A DNA stretch of 64,000 bases, from the NCBI GenBank assembly GCA_031414535.1, contig JANNVQ010000014.1, positions 293,961-357,960 of the forward strand, in the 5' to 3' direction. Each line of letters begins with the position of its first letter. Within the stretch, counting starts at the first letter, position 1. Below, piece after piece: positions 30,124 to 39,062 of the stretch. Below the pieces are notes generated by a model that did no database searches, was not told where the DNA came from, and was given only the letters and a program-made list of their open reading frames with translations. The position numbers and the translations under genes were made by a program. Source of the DNA: Gemmatimonas sp. (GTDB taxonomy: Bacteria > Gemmatimonadota > Gemmatimonadetes > Gemmatimonadales > Gemmatimonadaceae).

Positions 30124-30381
30124 ATGCCACTGAACATCAAGAACCCCGAAGCCGACCGCGCCGTCCGGGAGCTCACCGAGCTCACCGGCGAGAGCATCAC
30201 CGACGCCGTGATCACGGCCCTCAACGAGCGGCTCGAACGGGAGCGCGCGCGGCGGCAGTACGCGCTCAAGGAGCCGGCGCTGCTCCGCGTGCGGGAGCGC
30301 TACTTGGCGATGCCACTGCTCGACGATCGCAAGGCCGACGACATCATCGGCTACGATCGCCACGGACTGCCGGGAGCCTGA
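30124..30381 (+). CDS. vapB: VapB antitoxin (Rv0623/PSK family)
   Basis: MPLNIKNPEADR..TGESITDAV..GYD..GLP; precedes vapC. Confidence 0.9.
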   Translation: MPLNIKNPEADRAVRELTELTGESITDAVITALNERLERERARRQYALKEPALLRVRERYLAMPLLDDRKADDIIGYDRHGLPGA

Positions 30382-30383
30382 GC

Positions 30384-30770
30384 GTGGTCATCGATACCTC
30401 AGCACTCGTCGCCTGGTTTGAACGAGAACCAGCAGCTGCTCGCATCGCCGAGCGCCTTGGGCAAGCCGATGAACTCGGCGTCAGTGCCGTCACGCTTGTT
30501 GAAGCCGGCATCGTGCTCGAAGCGCGTCGTGGCGAAGCCGCGGGACGAGAACTCGATTTGTTCATTCATCGCCTCGGCGTGAAGGTCGTCGCGGTGGACG
30601 AGGATCAGGCCGAGATCGCGCGCGCGGCGTATCGCCAGTTTGGAAAAGGACGCCATGCAGCAGCGCTCAACTTTGGCGACTGCTTTGCGTATGCGCTCGC
30701 CGCGAGTAGTGGTCAGCCGCTGCTGTTTGTCGGCGAGGACTTTGCGAAGACGGATATCGCTGTCGCATGA
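30384..30770 (+). CDS. vapC: VapC PIN-domain toxin
   Basis: VIDTSAL, LNFGDCFAYALA, LLFVGEDF. Confidence 0.93.
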   Translation: MVIDTSALVAWFEREPAAARIAERLGQADELGVSAVTLVEAGIVLEARRGEAAGRELDLFIHRLGVKVVAVDEDQAEIARAAYRQFGKGRHAAALNFGDCFAYALAASSGQPLLFVGEDFAKTDIAVA

Positions 30771-30861
30771 CACACCGTCGTGATGATGATGATCGTGATG
30801 ATAGCGAATAGGATTGCATAAATCTTTGTGAGGCAACAACTTGGCTACTAGTTGTGTTCAT

Positions 30862-30951
30862 AATATTAAGCTATTACTTAATATTGACATTGCTAAAATA
30901 CAGTTATACCTTTATAAAAGTTAACAAAATATTAAGCCATAACTGAATATT
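30862..30951 (+). promoter_or_regulatory. Sigma70 promoter with two palindromic operators for the mobile mystery pair
   Basis: TTGACA(30884)-17-TACCTT; AATATTAAG-N6-CTTAATATT (30862) and AATATTAAG-N6-CTGAATATT (30928). Confidence 0.7.
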
Positions 30952-30965
30952 GTACTGGAGTTTCG

Positions 30966-31409
30966 ATGAACTCGAGAGAACTGCTGCGGCGGCAGCTAGA
31001 TGCGCGTTTGCAGACAATGCAGCGTGAGCAGCCCCCCAAAGGAGGCTGGATTCGCACAATTCGAAGGGCACTTGGAATGACGATGGCCCAACTGGCTAAG
31101 CGGCTCCGAGTTTCAGCACCTGGCATTGCGGATCTTGAGAGTCGAGAGGCGAACGGGTCGATCTCCCTGGCGAGATTGCGGAGCGCCGCTGAAGCGCTGG
31201 GCTGCGACCTACAGATTGCGTTCATTCCTCGAGTGCCACTGGCGGAGATGGTCGAAAGACAGGCGGTTCTCAAGGCAAGCCACGAGAACAGTCGGCTAGT
31301 GCATACGATGAAGCTCGAGAACCAAGACCGAGGAGTCGCGCTGTCACCGGATCTGACTCAGTCGGTGGAGCGATGGATTACAAAGCGCGGGTCGAGGCTA
31401 TGGGACTGA
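30966..31409 (+). CDS. Mobile mystery protein A (XRE HTH)
   Basis: PPKGGWIRTIRRALGMT, HTMKLENQ, RLWD. Confidence 0.9.
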   Translation: MNSRELLRRQLDARLQTMQREQPPKGGWIRTIRRALGMTMAQLAKRLRVSAPGIADLESREANGSISLARLRSAAEALGCDLQIAFIPRVPLAEMVERQAVLKASHENSRLVHTMKLENQDRGVALSPDLTQSVERWITKRGSRLWD

Positions 31410-31413
31410 GGCA

Positions 31414-32019
31414 ATGGAGCTGACTGCGTGGTACGACCCGGAGGACGGGAACACCCCTTTAGATGAAAACGAATCGGAGGGACTGATCCCCGAGCACCTC
31501 ACCAAGCGGGCTGAGCTTAACGAATGGGAAGCCGAGAACATTCGCGCGGCGCTCGCCTCGGTTGGAGTGCGCACACCCGATATGCTGGACGAGAGGGCGC
31601 TTCGAACATTGCACAAGAGAATGTTCGAGAAGACTTGGAAATGGGCCGGAAAGTACCGCACCAGCAACAAGAGCATCGGCCATTACCCCTGGCAGGAAGT
31701 GCCGCGCCTAATCCGCGACCTACTTGCGAACACCAAGGTGCAGTACGAGGCAGCCAAACACTCACCGGATGAGTTAGATGCTGTGGCAGCGAGATTTCAC
31801 CACCAGCTTGTGCTCATTCACCCTTGGCCAAACGGGAATGGAAGACACGCCCGAGAAGCAACAGACATGCTTCTGCGAAAATGGGGGCGGCCGCCGTTCA
31901 GCTGGGGCGCGGCGTCAACGCGCGCAGACAATCAGGAGCTGCGACAGGAATACCTTCGAGCACTGCGGGCTGCTGACGGTGGGAACGTCGAGCCATTGAT
32001 GCGCTTCGTCCGCACGTAA
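31414..32019 (+). CDS. Mobile mystery protein B (Fic domain)
   Basis: GNTPLD, ELNEWE, Fic motif HPWPNGNGRHAR. Confidence 0.9.
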   Translation: MELTAWYDPEDGNTPLDENESEGLIPEHLTKRAELNEWEAENIRAALASVGVRTPDMLDERALRTLHKRMFEKTWKWAGKYRTSNKSIGHYPWQEVPRLIRDLLANTKVQYEAAKHSPDELDAVAARFHHQLVLIHPWPNGNGRHAREATDMLLRKWGRPPFSWGAASTRADNQELRQEYLRALRAADGGNVEPLMRFVRT

Positions 32020-32069
32020 TTGGCGGGGAGGAACCTTTGGTCCTGCTCTTCTAGCGCGATGCCGCGTGC

Positions 32070-32408
32070 CTAGTCAAAAGGACGAAGCGAGATGGAAATG
32101 CCGGCATCGAGCGCAATCGCAATCGCTTGAATCGTGTCGAGGCCTACGTTGCTCCTCGCGGCTTCAATTCGTGCAATGGCCGGCTGCTTGGTCCCAATGC
32201 GCCGCGCGAGTTCCGCCTGAGTCACACCGCGTAGCTGACGCATCGCGATGACCGCTTCGGCGAGTTCGTGCCGCGGAAACCGGGCGTATTCCACCCAGAA
32301 CTCAGGGTTGTCCTCGGGATCCGGAAATCGGGAGCGGGGCGGCTTCGAAGCGACCTGAATGAAGTCCTTCGAGGACTTGCTCACACTTGGCGTTGGAGAT
32401 TTTGCCAT
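32070..32408 (-). CDS. XRE-family HTH protein (orphan HigA-like antitoxin)
   Basis: GVTQAELARRIGTKQPAIARIE; palindrome ATAACG-N4-CGTTAT at 32436-32451. Confidence 0.75.
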   Translation of the reverse strand: MAKSPTPSVSKSSKDFIQVASKPPRSRFPDPEDNPEFWVEYARFPRHELAEAVIAMRQLRGVTQAELARRIGTKQPAIARIEAARSNVGLDTIQAIAIALDAGISISLRPFD

Positions 32409-32505
32409 CGGCCGCCTGGGCGTTCGTTTAGATACATAACGTAACCGTTATATTCGGGAATCGCAAGCATTCGCGTTCTCCACGACAGCGGACTCATCCA
32501 CAAGT

Positions 32506-32569
32506 CGTGAGCTCGACCTGTTCATTCATCGCCTCGGCGTGAAGATCGTCGCCGTGGATGAAAATCAGG
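32506..32569 (+). pseudogene. Internal fragment of a vapC paralogue
   Basis: Encodes RELDLFIHRLGVKIVAVDENQ; matches 30546-30609. Confidence 0.85.
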
Positions 32570-32586
32570 GAGCGTTGTGCGGGAGT

Positions 32587-33033
32587 TTAGACTCTGCGCT
32601 GAACCGCCGCTCCCTCTAGCAGCCGGCGCCGCACCGCGGGCATATCGCGAATCAGGCGTAGCAGCGTGTCGGTGGTACGGTTCTGGAACACCGTCCCCTT
32701 CTCCCAGCGCACGACAGTCTTGGGGCCGACCCCGAGTAGCTGCTCAAACCGGCATTGTGAGAGGCCGAGGTCTTCACGAATTGCTCTGATCTCTGCAGAA
32801 CTGAGTAGCCCTTCGCGCGCGCGGACTACTTCGCTCGCTTTGCGATGAAGCGCGTCTCCCTCGCCGTGTGCGAGGTACACCTCGCCGCAGCGATCGCAGG
32901 TCGCGTAGTTACCGGGAACGGAGACCGGTTCGCGCGCACCGACGCTCACGGACACTGAGCTTTCGCGCCGCGAGACGCTGCCGGGACATTGAACGCAATC
33001 GATTGGATCGGTGTCGGAGATCATCGGTAGCAT
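32587..33033 (-). CDS. MqsA-family antitoxin (zinc ribbon + HTH), no adjacent toxin
   Basis: CVQC...CDRCGE, IRAIREDLGLSQ..LLGVGPKTVVRWE. Confidence 0.85.
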   Translation of the reverse strand: MLPMISDTDPIDCVQCPGSVSRRESSVSVSVGAREPVSVPGNYATCDRCGEVYLAHGEGDALHRKASEVVRAREGLLSSAEIRAIREDLGLSQCRFEQLLGVGPKTVVRWEKGTVFQNRTTDTLLRLIRDMPAVRRRLLEGAAVQRRV

Positions 33034-33074
33034 AATGCTACCACGGTACACTTCGCGCAACCTTCGCGGAGCTG

Positions 33075-33611
33075 CTAGTCCTCAGCCGCCAGCAAGCCCG
33101 CAATCTCCCCGTACGCAAACGTCTGCTGCACCGTCCAAGCAAAGCCCCTGAGCATCCCCACCATCTGCTGCGGCGAGACCCCGTACTGATAGCTCATCGC
33201 ATAATCCGCGCAGACCAGCCCGTCGTTGGCAGAGCGAATGCGCACGACATCGGTCTCGAGATTGGCCAGCCTTAAGCTCTCATTTAGGGCCGCCTCCGGC
33301 ACAAAGGGCTTGAGCGCGCGGAGCAGTAGGAATCGCAGCAGCGAGCTATCGGGCGTGAGGATGATGTGAACTTCCTCTCCGAACACGACCGCGACGAGGT
33401 CATCCTCATCATCGCGATACGAGGCGATGCCCGCCGCGCGGAGCAAGGCCTCAATCTTCTCCTTGTTCACACTGCGCTCTGCGATGCGCCGCATCTCGCG
33501 CAGGGCCTTCGGCATCTCAGCTATCTGCTGCCCCGTGCTGAGATCTAGGATGTGCTCCACTCCGTCCTCGACGGCGAGCGTGATCAGCTCTTGCTGCGAC
33601 TCCTTTGGCAT
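33075..33611 (-). CDS. Hypothetical protein, possible YbjN/T3SS-chaperone-like fold
   Basis: 178-aa ORF with GGAG RBS; fold assignment is weak. Confidence 0.6.
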   Translation of the reverse strand: MPKESQQELITLAVEDGVEHILDLSTGQQIAEMPKALREMRRIAERSVNKEKIEALLRAAGIASYRDDEDDLVAVVFGEEVHIILTPDSSLLRFLLLRALKPFVPEAALNESLRLANLETDVVRIRSANDGLVCADYAMSYQYGVSPQQMVGMLRGFAWTVQQTFAYGEIAGLLAAED

Positions 33612-33638
33612 ATCGTCTCCTCGGGTGGCGATACCTGA

Positions 33639-33660
33639 AGGATAAGGAGGGGGTCTGACA
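33639..33660 (-). promoter_or_regulatory. PafBC-type promoter 4
   Basis: TGTCAG-ACCCCCTCCT-TATCCT. Confidence 0.75.
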
Positions 33661-33700
33661 CTCCCATCGACTCATCCCCGGGTTCGAGTTCGGGGACCGA

Positions 33701-33722
33701 TGTCAGTCACTCAGCGTAGGTT
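33701..33722 (+). promoter_or_regulatory. PafBC-type promoter 5 (near-leaderless)
   Basis: TGTCAG-TCACTCAGCG-TAGGTT, 8 nt before ATG 33731. Confidence 0.75.
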
Positions 33723-33730
33723 GCCCGACT

Positions 33731-33952
33731 ATGACCTACACACCCGAACTTTTGACAGAACGAGAAGAAGGCGAGCTCCTCGGCGCTCTCACGCGCGTGA
33801 AGCACGAGATGGGAGTGGACGCGTACAACGCCTGGGCGGACAAGCTCATTATGCAGCACAAGGCGTATCTGCTGAAGAACGCGAAGGCGGACAATCCTGC
33901 CCTGATCCGTCTCAAGCAGTTGATGCTCATTGAGGAACGCGGGTTCCTGTAA
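33731..33952 (+). CDS. Small hypothetical helical protein (73 aa)
   Basis: Bounded by a promoter and a terminator; protein-like composition. Confidence 0.65.
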   Translation: MTYTPELLTEREEGELLGALTRVKHEMGVDAYNAWADKLIMQHKAYLLKNAKADNPALIRLKQLMLIEERGFL

Positions 33953-33958
33953 GAAAGA

Positions 33959-33990
33959 GAAGCCCTCGGTCCGCTTGGACCGAGGGCTTC
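33959..33990. terminator. Bidirectional terminator hairpin
   Basis: GAAGCCCTCGGTCC-GCTT-GGACCGAGGGCTTC between convergent genes. Confidence 0.8.
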
Positions 33991-34031
33991 GATTCTTCTA
34001 AGAGTCTGCATCCACAACTGCGGAGCACAGC

Positions 34032-34496
34032 CTACCGCTGCAAAGCGCCAATACGCACCCAGGCCGGATCCACCCGCGGGACCATCAGCACATAGATGCC
34101 ATTCGCCTGCAACTCCGTGCCCGCACCCTGACGCGCCAGCTGCGCACTCAACTGCTCCGGCGTGAGGTTGTACAGGCCGCCGCTGATTGCATCCACGGCA
34201 AGTCCGATGATCCCGCCAAAGACGATGTTGCCCCACACCCAGCCTGACACCTTCTTGGTGAGCGTCGCCTCAAACGGCTGATAGCCGTCGAGCTCAATCT
34301 TCACGATGTGGTTGTCACCGCGCGCAAGCTTGGCCACCAACGGAGTCTGGCCCAGCGGCATGTTGTTCACCGTGACGCGGGCGTTGGTGGGGCTACTGGA
34401 AATTCCGATATCCTGCTTTGTGCCGTGCATGATGCTGGCACAGGCGCCGAACGAGAGCGCGGCGGCAAGAACAACGAGTGGACGACGAAACAGCAT
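34032..34496 (-). CDS. PEGA-domain lipoprotein
   Basis: Lipobox FGAC; ISSSPTNARVTVN..GQTP; GNIVFGGIIGLAVDAISG. Confidence 0.85.
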   Translation of the reverse strand: MLFRRPLVVLAAALSFGACASIMHGTKQDIGISSSPTNARVTVNNMPLGQTPLVAKLARGDNHIVKIELDGYQPFEATLTKKVSGWVWGNIVFGGIIGLAVDAISGGLYNLTPEQLSAQLARQGAGTELQANGIYVLMVPRVDPAWVRIGALQR

Positions 34497-34533
34497 GTGG
34501 GACCTCAGAAGGAAGAGTGGGCCTGCAACGCCC

Positions 34534-34555
34534 AATTTCGGTGCCCCCTCTGACA
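34534..34555 (-). promoter_or_regulatory. PafBC-type promoter 6 (PEGA gene)
   Basis: TGTCAG-AGGGGGCACC-GAAATT. Confidence 0.6.
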
Positions 34556-34651
34556 GGCCTTGAATCAGCCATCCTAGTTGCCACTTGTAGTTGCATTAAA
34601 TAATATTATCTTAGTAATTAGAATCAATTTTAGCTATTAACTACTATTATT

Positions 34652-34969
34652 ATGTCGTTTACACTCTACACCCCTCCCGAGATGTCAGCCCAGCTCGCCG
34701 ACCGCGTCCGCCAGGACCGCCTCGCGCGAGGATGGACGCAGGCCGGGCTCGCCGCGCGCTCGGGAATCCCAATCGCCACATACCGCCTCTTCGAACAGAC
34801 AGGGCAGATCAGCCTCGAACGCCTCATCGCCATCTCCAGCGCATTGAGCCGCAGCGCTGAGTGGAGCACCCTCTTCAAGCCGCGCGCAGCGCAGTCCCTC
34901 GACGACATCGACCCGCCGCGCCCCACGCGCAAACGCGGTCGCCGCTCTACTCCAAGCACAAGCCGCTGA
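34652..34969 (+). CDS. HipB-like XRE antitoxin
   Basis: WTQAGLAARSGI..FEQTGQISLERL; TGATG overlap with hipA. Confidence 0.85.
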   Translation: MSFTLYTPPEMSAQLADRVRQDRLARGWTQAGLAARSGIPIATYRLFEQTGQISLERLIAISSALSRSAEWSTLFKPRAAQSLDDIDPPRPTRKRGRRSTPSTSR

Positions 34970-36225
34970 TGTTGAGCACTCCGTGGAAGCCAATCACTCG
35001 CGTCGAGGTTTTCTACCAAGACGATGGCGAGCCACAACTCGTCGGCCGCTTGGCTCTCGACGCGAATGCTGTGGCGTTCTTCCAGTACGAGCTCGCGTGG
35101 ATTGATGGTGGACGTGAACTCTCACCCGTTCAGCTCGCGCTCGCGCTAGGCCGTACCGTTGTCGAAGCGCCAGACAAAGACAAGCTGCACGGATTGCACG
35201 GACTCTTCGCTGACTCCCTCCCCGACGACTGGGGATGGCGCGTCATGAACTCGGCGTTCCTCCGGCACGGCATTCAAGCGAGCAAGGTCACGGCGCTCGA
35301 CCGCCTTGCATACCTGGGCACACGCACGATGGGCGCGCTGACGTACCGGCCGGCGCTCGACTGGCCCGCCGATACGGAGCAAGTGGCCACGCTCGATGCG
35401 CTGGCACGCGAAGCTGCGATGCTCGATGAAGGCAAGCGCGATCTGCAGTCCTCTGCACCATCAGCGATTGATCAGCTCGAACGCGCAGCGGGAACGCCTG
35501 GCGGCGCGCAGCCGAAGCTGCTCTACACCGCGGATGGCAAAGAGTACGTATTGAAGTTCACGCCAGAGCGCGAGCGCAACCGGCTGCGCATGGACTGCGG
35601 ACCAATCGAGCAGGCCTACGCGCAGATGGCCAAGGACGCGGGCATTGATATGCCAGCAACTCGGCTCTTTGCCACAACAGATGGGCGACTGCACTTCGCA
35701 GCACTGCGCTTTGACCGCACAGCAAGCGGAGGACGGCGCCACGTGCACACGCTTGGAGGTCTGCTCGGCCGCGAAGCCAGCGACGACGGTGACTACGATG
35801 AACTCCTGCGCGTGGCAGGTGGACTCACGGGTGACGCTCGTACGTTTGATGCAATTCTGCTGCGCCTCTGCTTCAACCTACTCGTGCTCAACGACGACGA
35901 TCATCTCAAGAACGTCGCCTTCATCTTGGACCCCACAGAAGGGTGGCAGCTCGCGCCGGCCTACGATTTGACGTACTCGCCTTCGGTCCGCGGCGAACGA
36001 GGGTTGAGCGTTGACGGCCGCGGGGCGGACGTCACCTGGAGTACCGTGGAGGCCCTCGCCGCACGGCACCGCGTGAAGCGCGACCGACTGCGTGAGATGC
36101 GCGACGCGGTGGAGCGCTGCATTCGTAACTGGGAGACATACGCCAGCGATGCGCAGGTTCAGCCAGATAGCATGAAGGAACTCGAGAGCGCGTTCAGCCA
36201 GCGGGCGAAGTCACTCGCGCTTTAG
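34969..36225 (+). CDS. hipA: HipA-family kinase toxin
   Basis: DSLPDDWG, GGAQPK, RFDR, NDDDHLKN, LAPAYD. Confidence 0.9.
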   Translation: MLSTPWKPITRVEVFYQDDGEPQLVGRLALDANAVAFFQYELAWIDGGRELSPVQLALALGRTVVEAPDKDKLHGLHGLFADSLPDDWGWRVMNSAFLRHGIQASKVTALDRLAYLGTRTMGALTYRPALDWPADTEQVATLDALAREAAMLDEGKRDLQSSAPSAIDQLERAAGTPGGAQPKLLYTADGKEYVLKFTPERERNRLRMDCGPIEQAYAQMAKDAGIDMPATRLFATTDGRLHFAALRFDRTASGGRRHVHTLGGLLGREASDDGDYDELLRVAGGLTGDARTFDAILLRLCFNLLVLNDDDHLKNVAFILDPTEGWQLAPAYDLTYSPSVRGERGLSVDGRGADVTWSTVEALAARHRVKRDRLREMRDAVERCIRNWETYASDAQVQPDSMKELESAFSQRAKSLAL

Positions 36226-36237
36226 TCTTGCAGCACT

Positions 36238-36750
36238 TCACAGCGGGAATCCCAACCCGCGCGCCGCATCCGCATCCTCAATCCGATGGTACCCACGCCC
36301 CCACGCCAGCCGGCGTAACTCCGGGTCCGCCGAGGCCAGCGTACTCATATACCGATCATCCGGCGCGTTCCCCAGCCGCGACAAATCCAACCGGTCCGCA
36401 TCATAGCAGCACCCAATCGTCGGATCCTTGGAGCGCTTTTCTAAAGTATGCCCCGCGCAGGCCTTCGTCAGCGTCTTGAGGCGCGCCCGCTCCAAGGTGA
36501 TCACCCCCTCGGCGGATAACCGCTCCACAAACTCCGCCGCCCGCGCGCCGTGCTCAAGGTCCTCGTACTCGTCAAAGCGCTGCGAGTCATGGAGTAACGC
36601 AAACAACTCCACCACCTCACGGTCCGCATCCGGCGTAGCATCCGCCAGCGCGAGCCCGTTCGTACGCACCCGCAGCCAGTGCCACACGCCGTGCGTGCCG
36701 CGAAGGTTGAGCCGATACTCACCGAGAATGGACTGAACGATGCGATTCAT
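36238..36750 (-). CDS. HD-domain phosphohydrolase
   Basis: HGVWHW, LLHD, HG, DADRLDL; start 36750 fits a leaderless promoter (alternative 36756). Confidence 0.85.
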   Translation of the reverse strand: MNRIVQSILGEYRLNLRGTHGVWHWLRVRTNGLALADATPDADREVVELFALLHDSQRFDEYEDLEHGARAAEFVERLSAEGVITLERARLKTLTKACAGHTLEKRSKDPTIGCCYDADRLDLSRLGNAPDDRYMSTLASADPELRRLAWGRGYHRIEDADAARGLGFPL

Positions 36751-36758
36751 ATCCATAT

Positions 36759-36780
36759 AAGCTCCGGCAGGGGTCTGACA
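36759..36780 (-). promoter_or_regulatory. PafBC-type promoter 7 (HD gene)
   Basis: TGTCAG-ACCCCTGCCG-GAGCTT, 8 nt before ATG 36750. Confidence 0.7.
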
Positions 36781-36808
36781 TCAAAGATGCGGCAGCCATC
36801 TAGTGCCC

Positions 36809-36830
36809 TGTCACCCCCAGCGCACATCTT
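36809..36830 (+). promoter_or_regulatory. PafBC-type promoter 8 (pafBC autoregulation)
   Basis: TGTCAC-CCCCAGCGCA-CATCTT, 6 nt before ATG 36837. Confidence 0.6.
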
Positions 36831-36836
36831 TGGCCC

Positions 36837-37911
36837 ATGAGCGCCAATCCCACCCAACCCAAGGTCCAGCGCTGGACCGATCTCCTCGCCGCGCTCCTGC
36901 GCCGCAACTTCCCCGTGGACTTCGCCACGCTTCGGAAGGAAGTCCCCGCCTACAGCGAGGACGGCCGCTCGGAAGCCACCACTATGCGAATGTTTGAGCG
37001 CGACAAGGACGACCTGCGCGCGCTCTGCGTTCCCATTGAATCCGTCCCCGACGAAGATGGCAATCTCAGTCGGTATCGCCTCGCGTCCAAGCATTTCTAT
37101 CTGCCGTATCTGCACCTGGCCTCAGAGCGTCCAAAGCAAATCAAGCGGCCGCGCGGCCCTGGCTACCAAGGCCTCTCAACTCTGGCCTTCGAACCCGAAG
37201 AACTCGACGCCGTCGCCCGCGCCGCGCAGCGCGTGGCCGCACTCGGCGACCCTGCACTCGCGCACGAGGCCCGCGTGGCGATGCGCAAACTGGGACACGA
37301 TCTCCCCATCGCCGCCGCATCCACGTCCACCGAACACATCGCACTCGACCAGGCCCCCGCCGCCGCGGTGCTCGATCTCCTCAACGACGCACTGCGCCGC
37401 CGTAAGTCGCTCACGTTCATCTACCGCTCCATGCAGCGCGACGCCGCCGACCAACGCAGTGTGGAGCCCTTCGGCTTGGTATTCCTCTCAGGACACTGGT
37501 ATCTCATCGGCCGCGATACAGTTGCCGATGCGCGCCGGCAGTTTCGTGAGTCGCATCGCCAGTGCCACGGTGAACGACAAGCGTCCGCAATCCACCGACT
37601 TTGATGTCCCCGCCGACTTTGACCTCGCGAGCTACGCACGCTCGCGGCAGGCTTGGGAAATTGGTGATGCCGATCAGCAGGCCGTGGACGTGGAGTTCGC
37701 ATCCGAGAATGCGTACACCGTGCCGGCTATGCAGCTCGGCGCAGCAGTGGATGGTTTTCCAAAGCGCCGACGCTTCCAAGTGCGACGCCCCGACACCTTC
37801 GCGCTTTGGATACTCGGCTACGCCGGTGACGCGCGCATCGTGAATCCGCCGGAGCTTGCACTACGCGTTGCGCAGCTCGCCACGGAGACGCTGGCTGGGT
37901 ACTCGCTATGA
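36837..37911 (+). pseudogene. pafB: PafB-like HTH-WYL-WCX regulator, frameshifted at about 37546
   Basis: RMFERDKDDLR, VEPFGL..WYLIG..RQFR; continuation VSRI..DFDVPADFDL..VNPPEL lies in another frame. Confidence 0.85.
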
Positions 37912-38924
37912 CACCCAGCGACAACGGCAACGCCACCAGTAGCAGTGCCACCAGTAGCAGTGCCACCACAGCCGCTGAGCAACTGCGTCGCCTGCTTCTC
38001 GCGCTGCCCGCGCTCGCGGACGATCAAGTGCATTCGGTGAAGGACATCGCCGAGCGAGTTGGTACCACGGACGAAGTCATCCGACGCGACCTCACCACAT
38101 TGGTGAACCGTGTGGCCGAGGAGCCCGGCGGATTCACCGAAGGCGTCTCACTGCTGCTGGGTGCGGACACCGTGCAGTTCGTCACGCCGAGCGGGCACTT
38201 CAGGCGCCCGATGGCACTGACGCGGACGGAGTTGGAGGCATTGGATCTTGGATTGGCCATGCTCGCGCAGGAGTCTCCTCCGGACGAGCGCGCTGTTATT
38301 GCTCGGGCCCGCGAACGTGTACGCGCGGCGGCAACGGCTATCCCAGCCGATGATCCCGCTGAGGCCACAGATCGCGTGGCAGCGTTAGGGCAGGAACGGG
38401 AGACCAGCGTGGAGATGCGACGTGTAGTGCAGGAGTGCATTCGCACGCGTCACGTCGCGAGCATTCGCTATCTGTCGGCGTCGAGGAATGTTGTGGATGA
38501 ACGCCGCGTACGGCCGCTTGGCTTGGTGTGGGCGAGAGGGAGTTGGTTCATCGTCGCCTTTTGCGAACGGAACGACGGCATCCGTGTGTTTCGCCTAGAT
38601 CGCGTGCAGGCTGTGAAGCGCGAGGAAAGCACGTTCACGCCGCCAAGTGAGTTCTCGTTGGAGTCTGTGCTGCGCGACGGTAAGGTGCTAACCGGTCAGG
38701 AGACGGTACAGATGCGTGTGCGGTACTCGGCGAACATTGCGCGCTGGATTTCGGAGCGCGAGAATGTTGTGGAGGAGGCGGATGGGTCGGTGGTGATGGA
38801 CGTTCCCGTGCTGAGCGAGGCTTGGGCGGTAAGACGGGTGCTCAGGTATGGGCCGGATGCGGTGGTGGAAGCGCCGGAGAGTATTCGGGAGTTGATGCGG
38901 GAGCAGTTGAAGTTGCTTGCGTAA
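37908..38924 (+). CDS. pafC: PafC-like HTH-WYL-WCX regulator
   Basis: LRRLLLALP..IRRDL, RPMALTRTE, RRVRPLGL..WFIVAFC..RVFRLDRV, YGPDAVVEAPE. Confidence 0.88.
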   Translation: MTPSDNGNATSSSATSSSATTAAEQLRRLLLALPALADDQVHSVKDIAERVGTTDEVIRRDLTTLVNRVAEEPGGFTEGVSLLLGADTVQFVTPSGHFRRPMALTRTELEALDLGLAMLAQESPPDERAVIARARERVRAAATAIPADDPAEATDRVAALGQERETSVEMRRVVQECIRTRHVASIRYLSASRNVVDERRVRPLGLVWARGSWFIVAFCERNDGIRVFRLDRVQAVKREESTFTPPSEFSLESVLRDGKVLTGQETVQMRVRYSANIARWISERENVVEEADGSVVMDVPVLSEAWAVRRVLRYGPDAVVEAPESIRELMREQLKLLA

Positions 38925-38949
38925 TGCTTGCGGGATGTCGGGAGTTTGC

Positions 38950-39048
38950 TTGACATCGCAGCGTTTTTTCAGCAACTTTATTGAACTACACCCCCCCTGT
39001 CGCTGCGGCGCAGGGTGCGAGGCCGCCGCAAGGCGGCTTCTGCTTTTG
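38950..39048 (+). promoter_or_regulatory. Sigma70 promoter plus structured leader with a terminator-like hairpin before the NYN gene
   Basis: TTGACA-17-CAACTT; hairpins CCCTG..CAGGG and GCCGCC-GCAA-GGCGGC followed by TTCTGCTTTT. Confidence 0.6.
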
Positions 39049-39062
39049 TGGGACTTCAGAGG

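Noticed and set aside
30778..30802. (GAT)n microsatellite after vapC
   Set aside because: Short, imperfect and intergenic; no evident function
33675..33696. GGTTCGAGT hairpin as a tRNA fragment
   Set aside because: Stem-loop geometry does not fit a T-arm and no acceptor strand follows
37932..37968. 15-nt tandem duplication at the pafC 5' end
   Set aside because: In frame; only lengthens a Ser/Thr-rich tail
38936..38957. TGTCGG-N10-GACATC as a ninth Paf-type promoter
   Set aside because: Lacks the final T of the -10 element; a canonical TTGACA promoter explains the region
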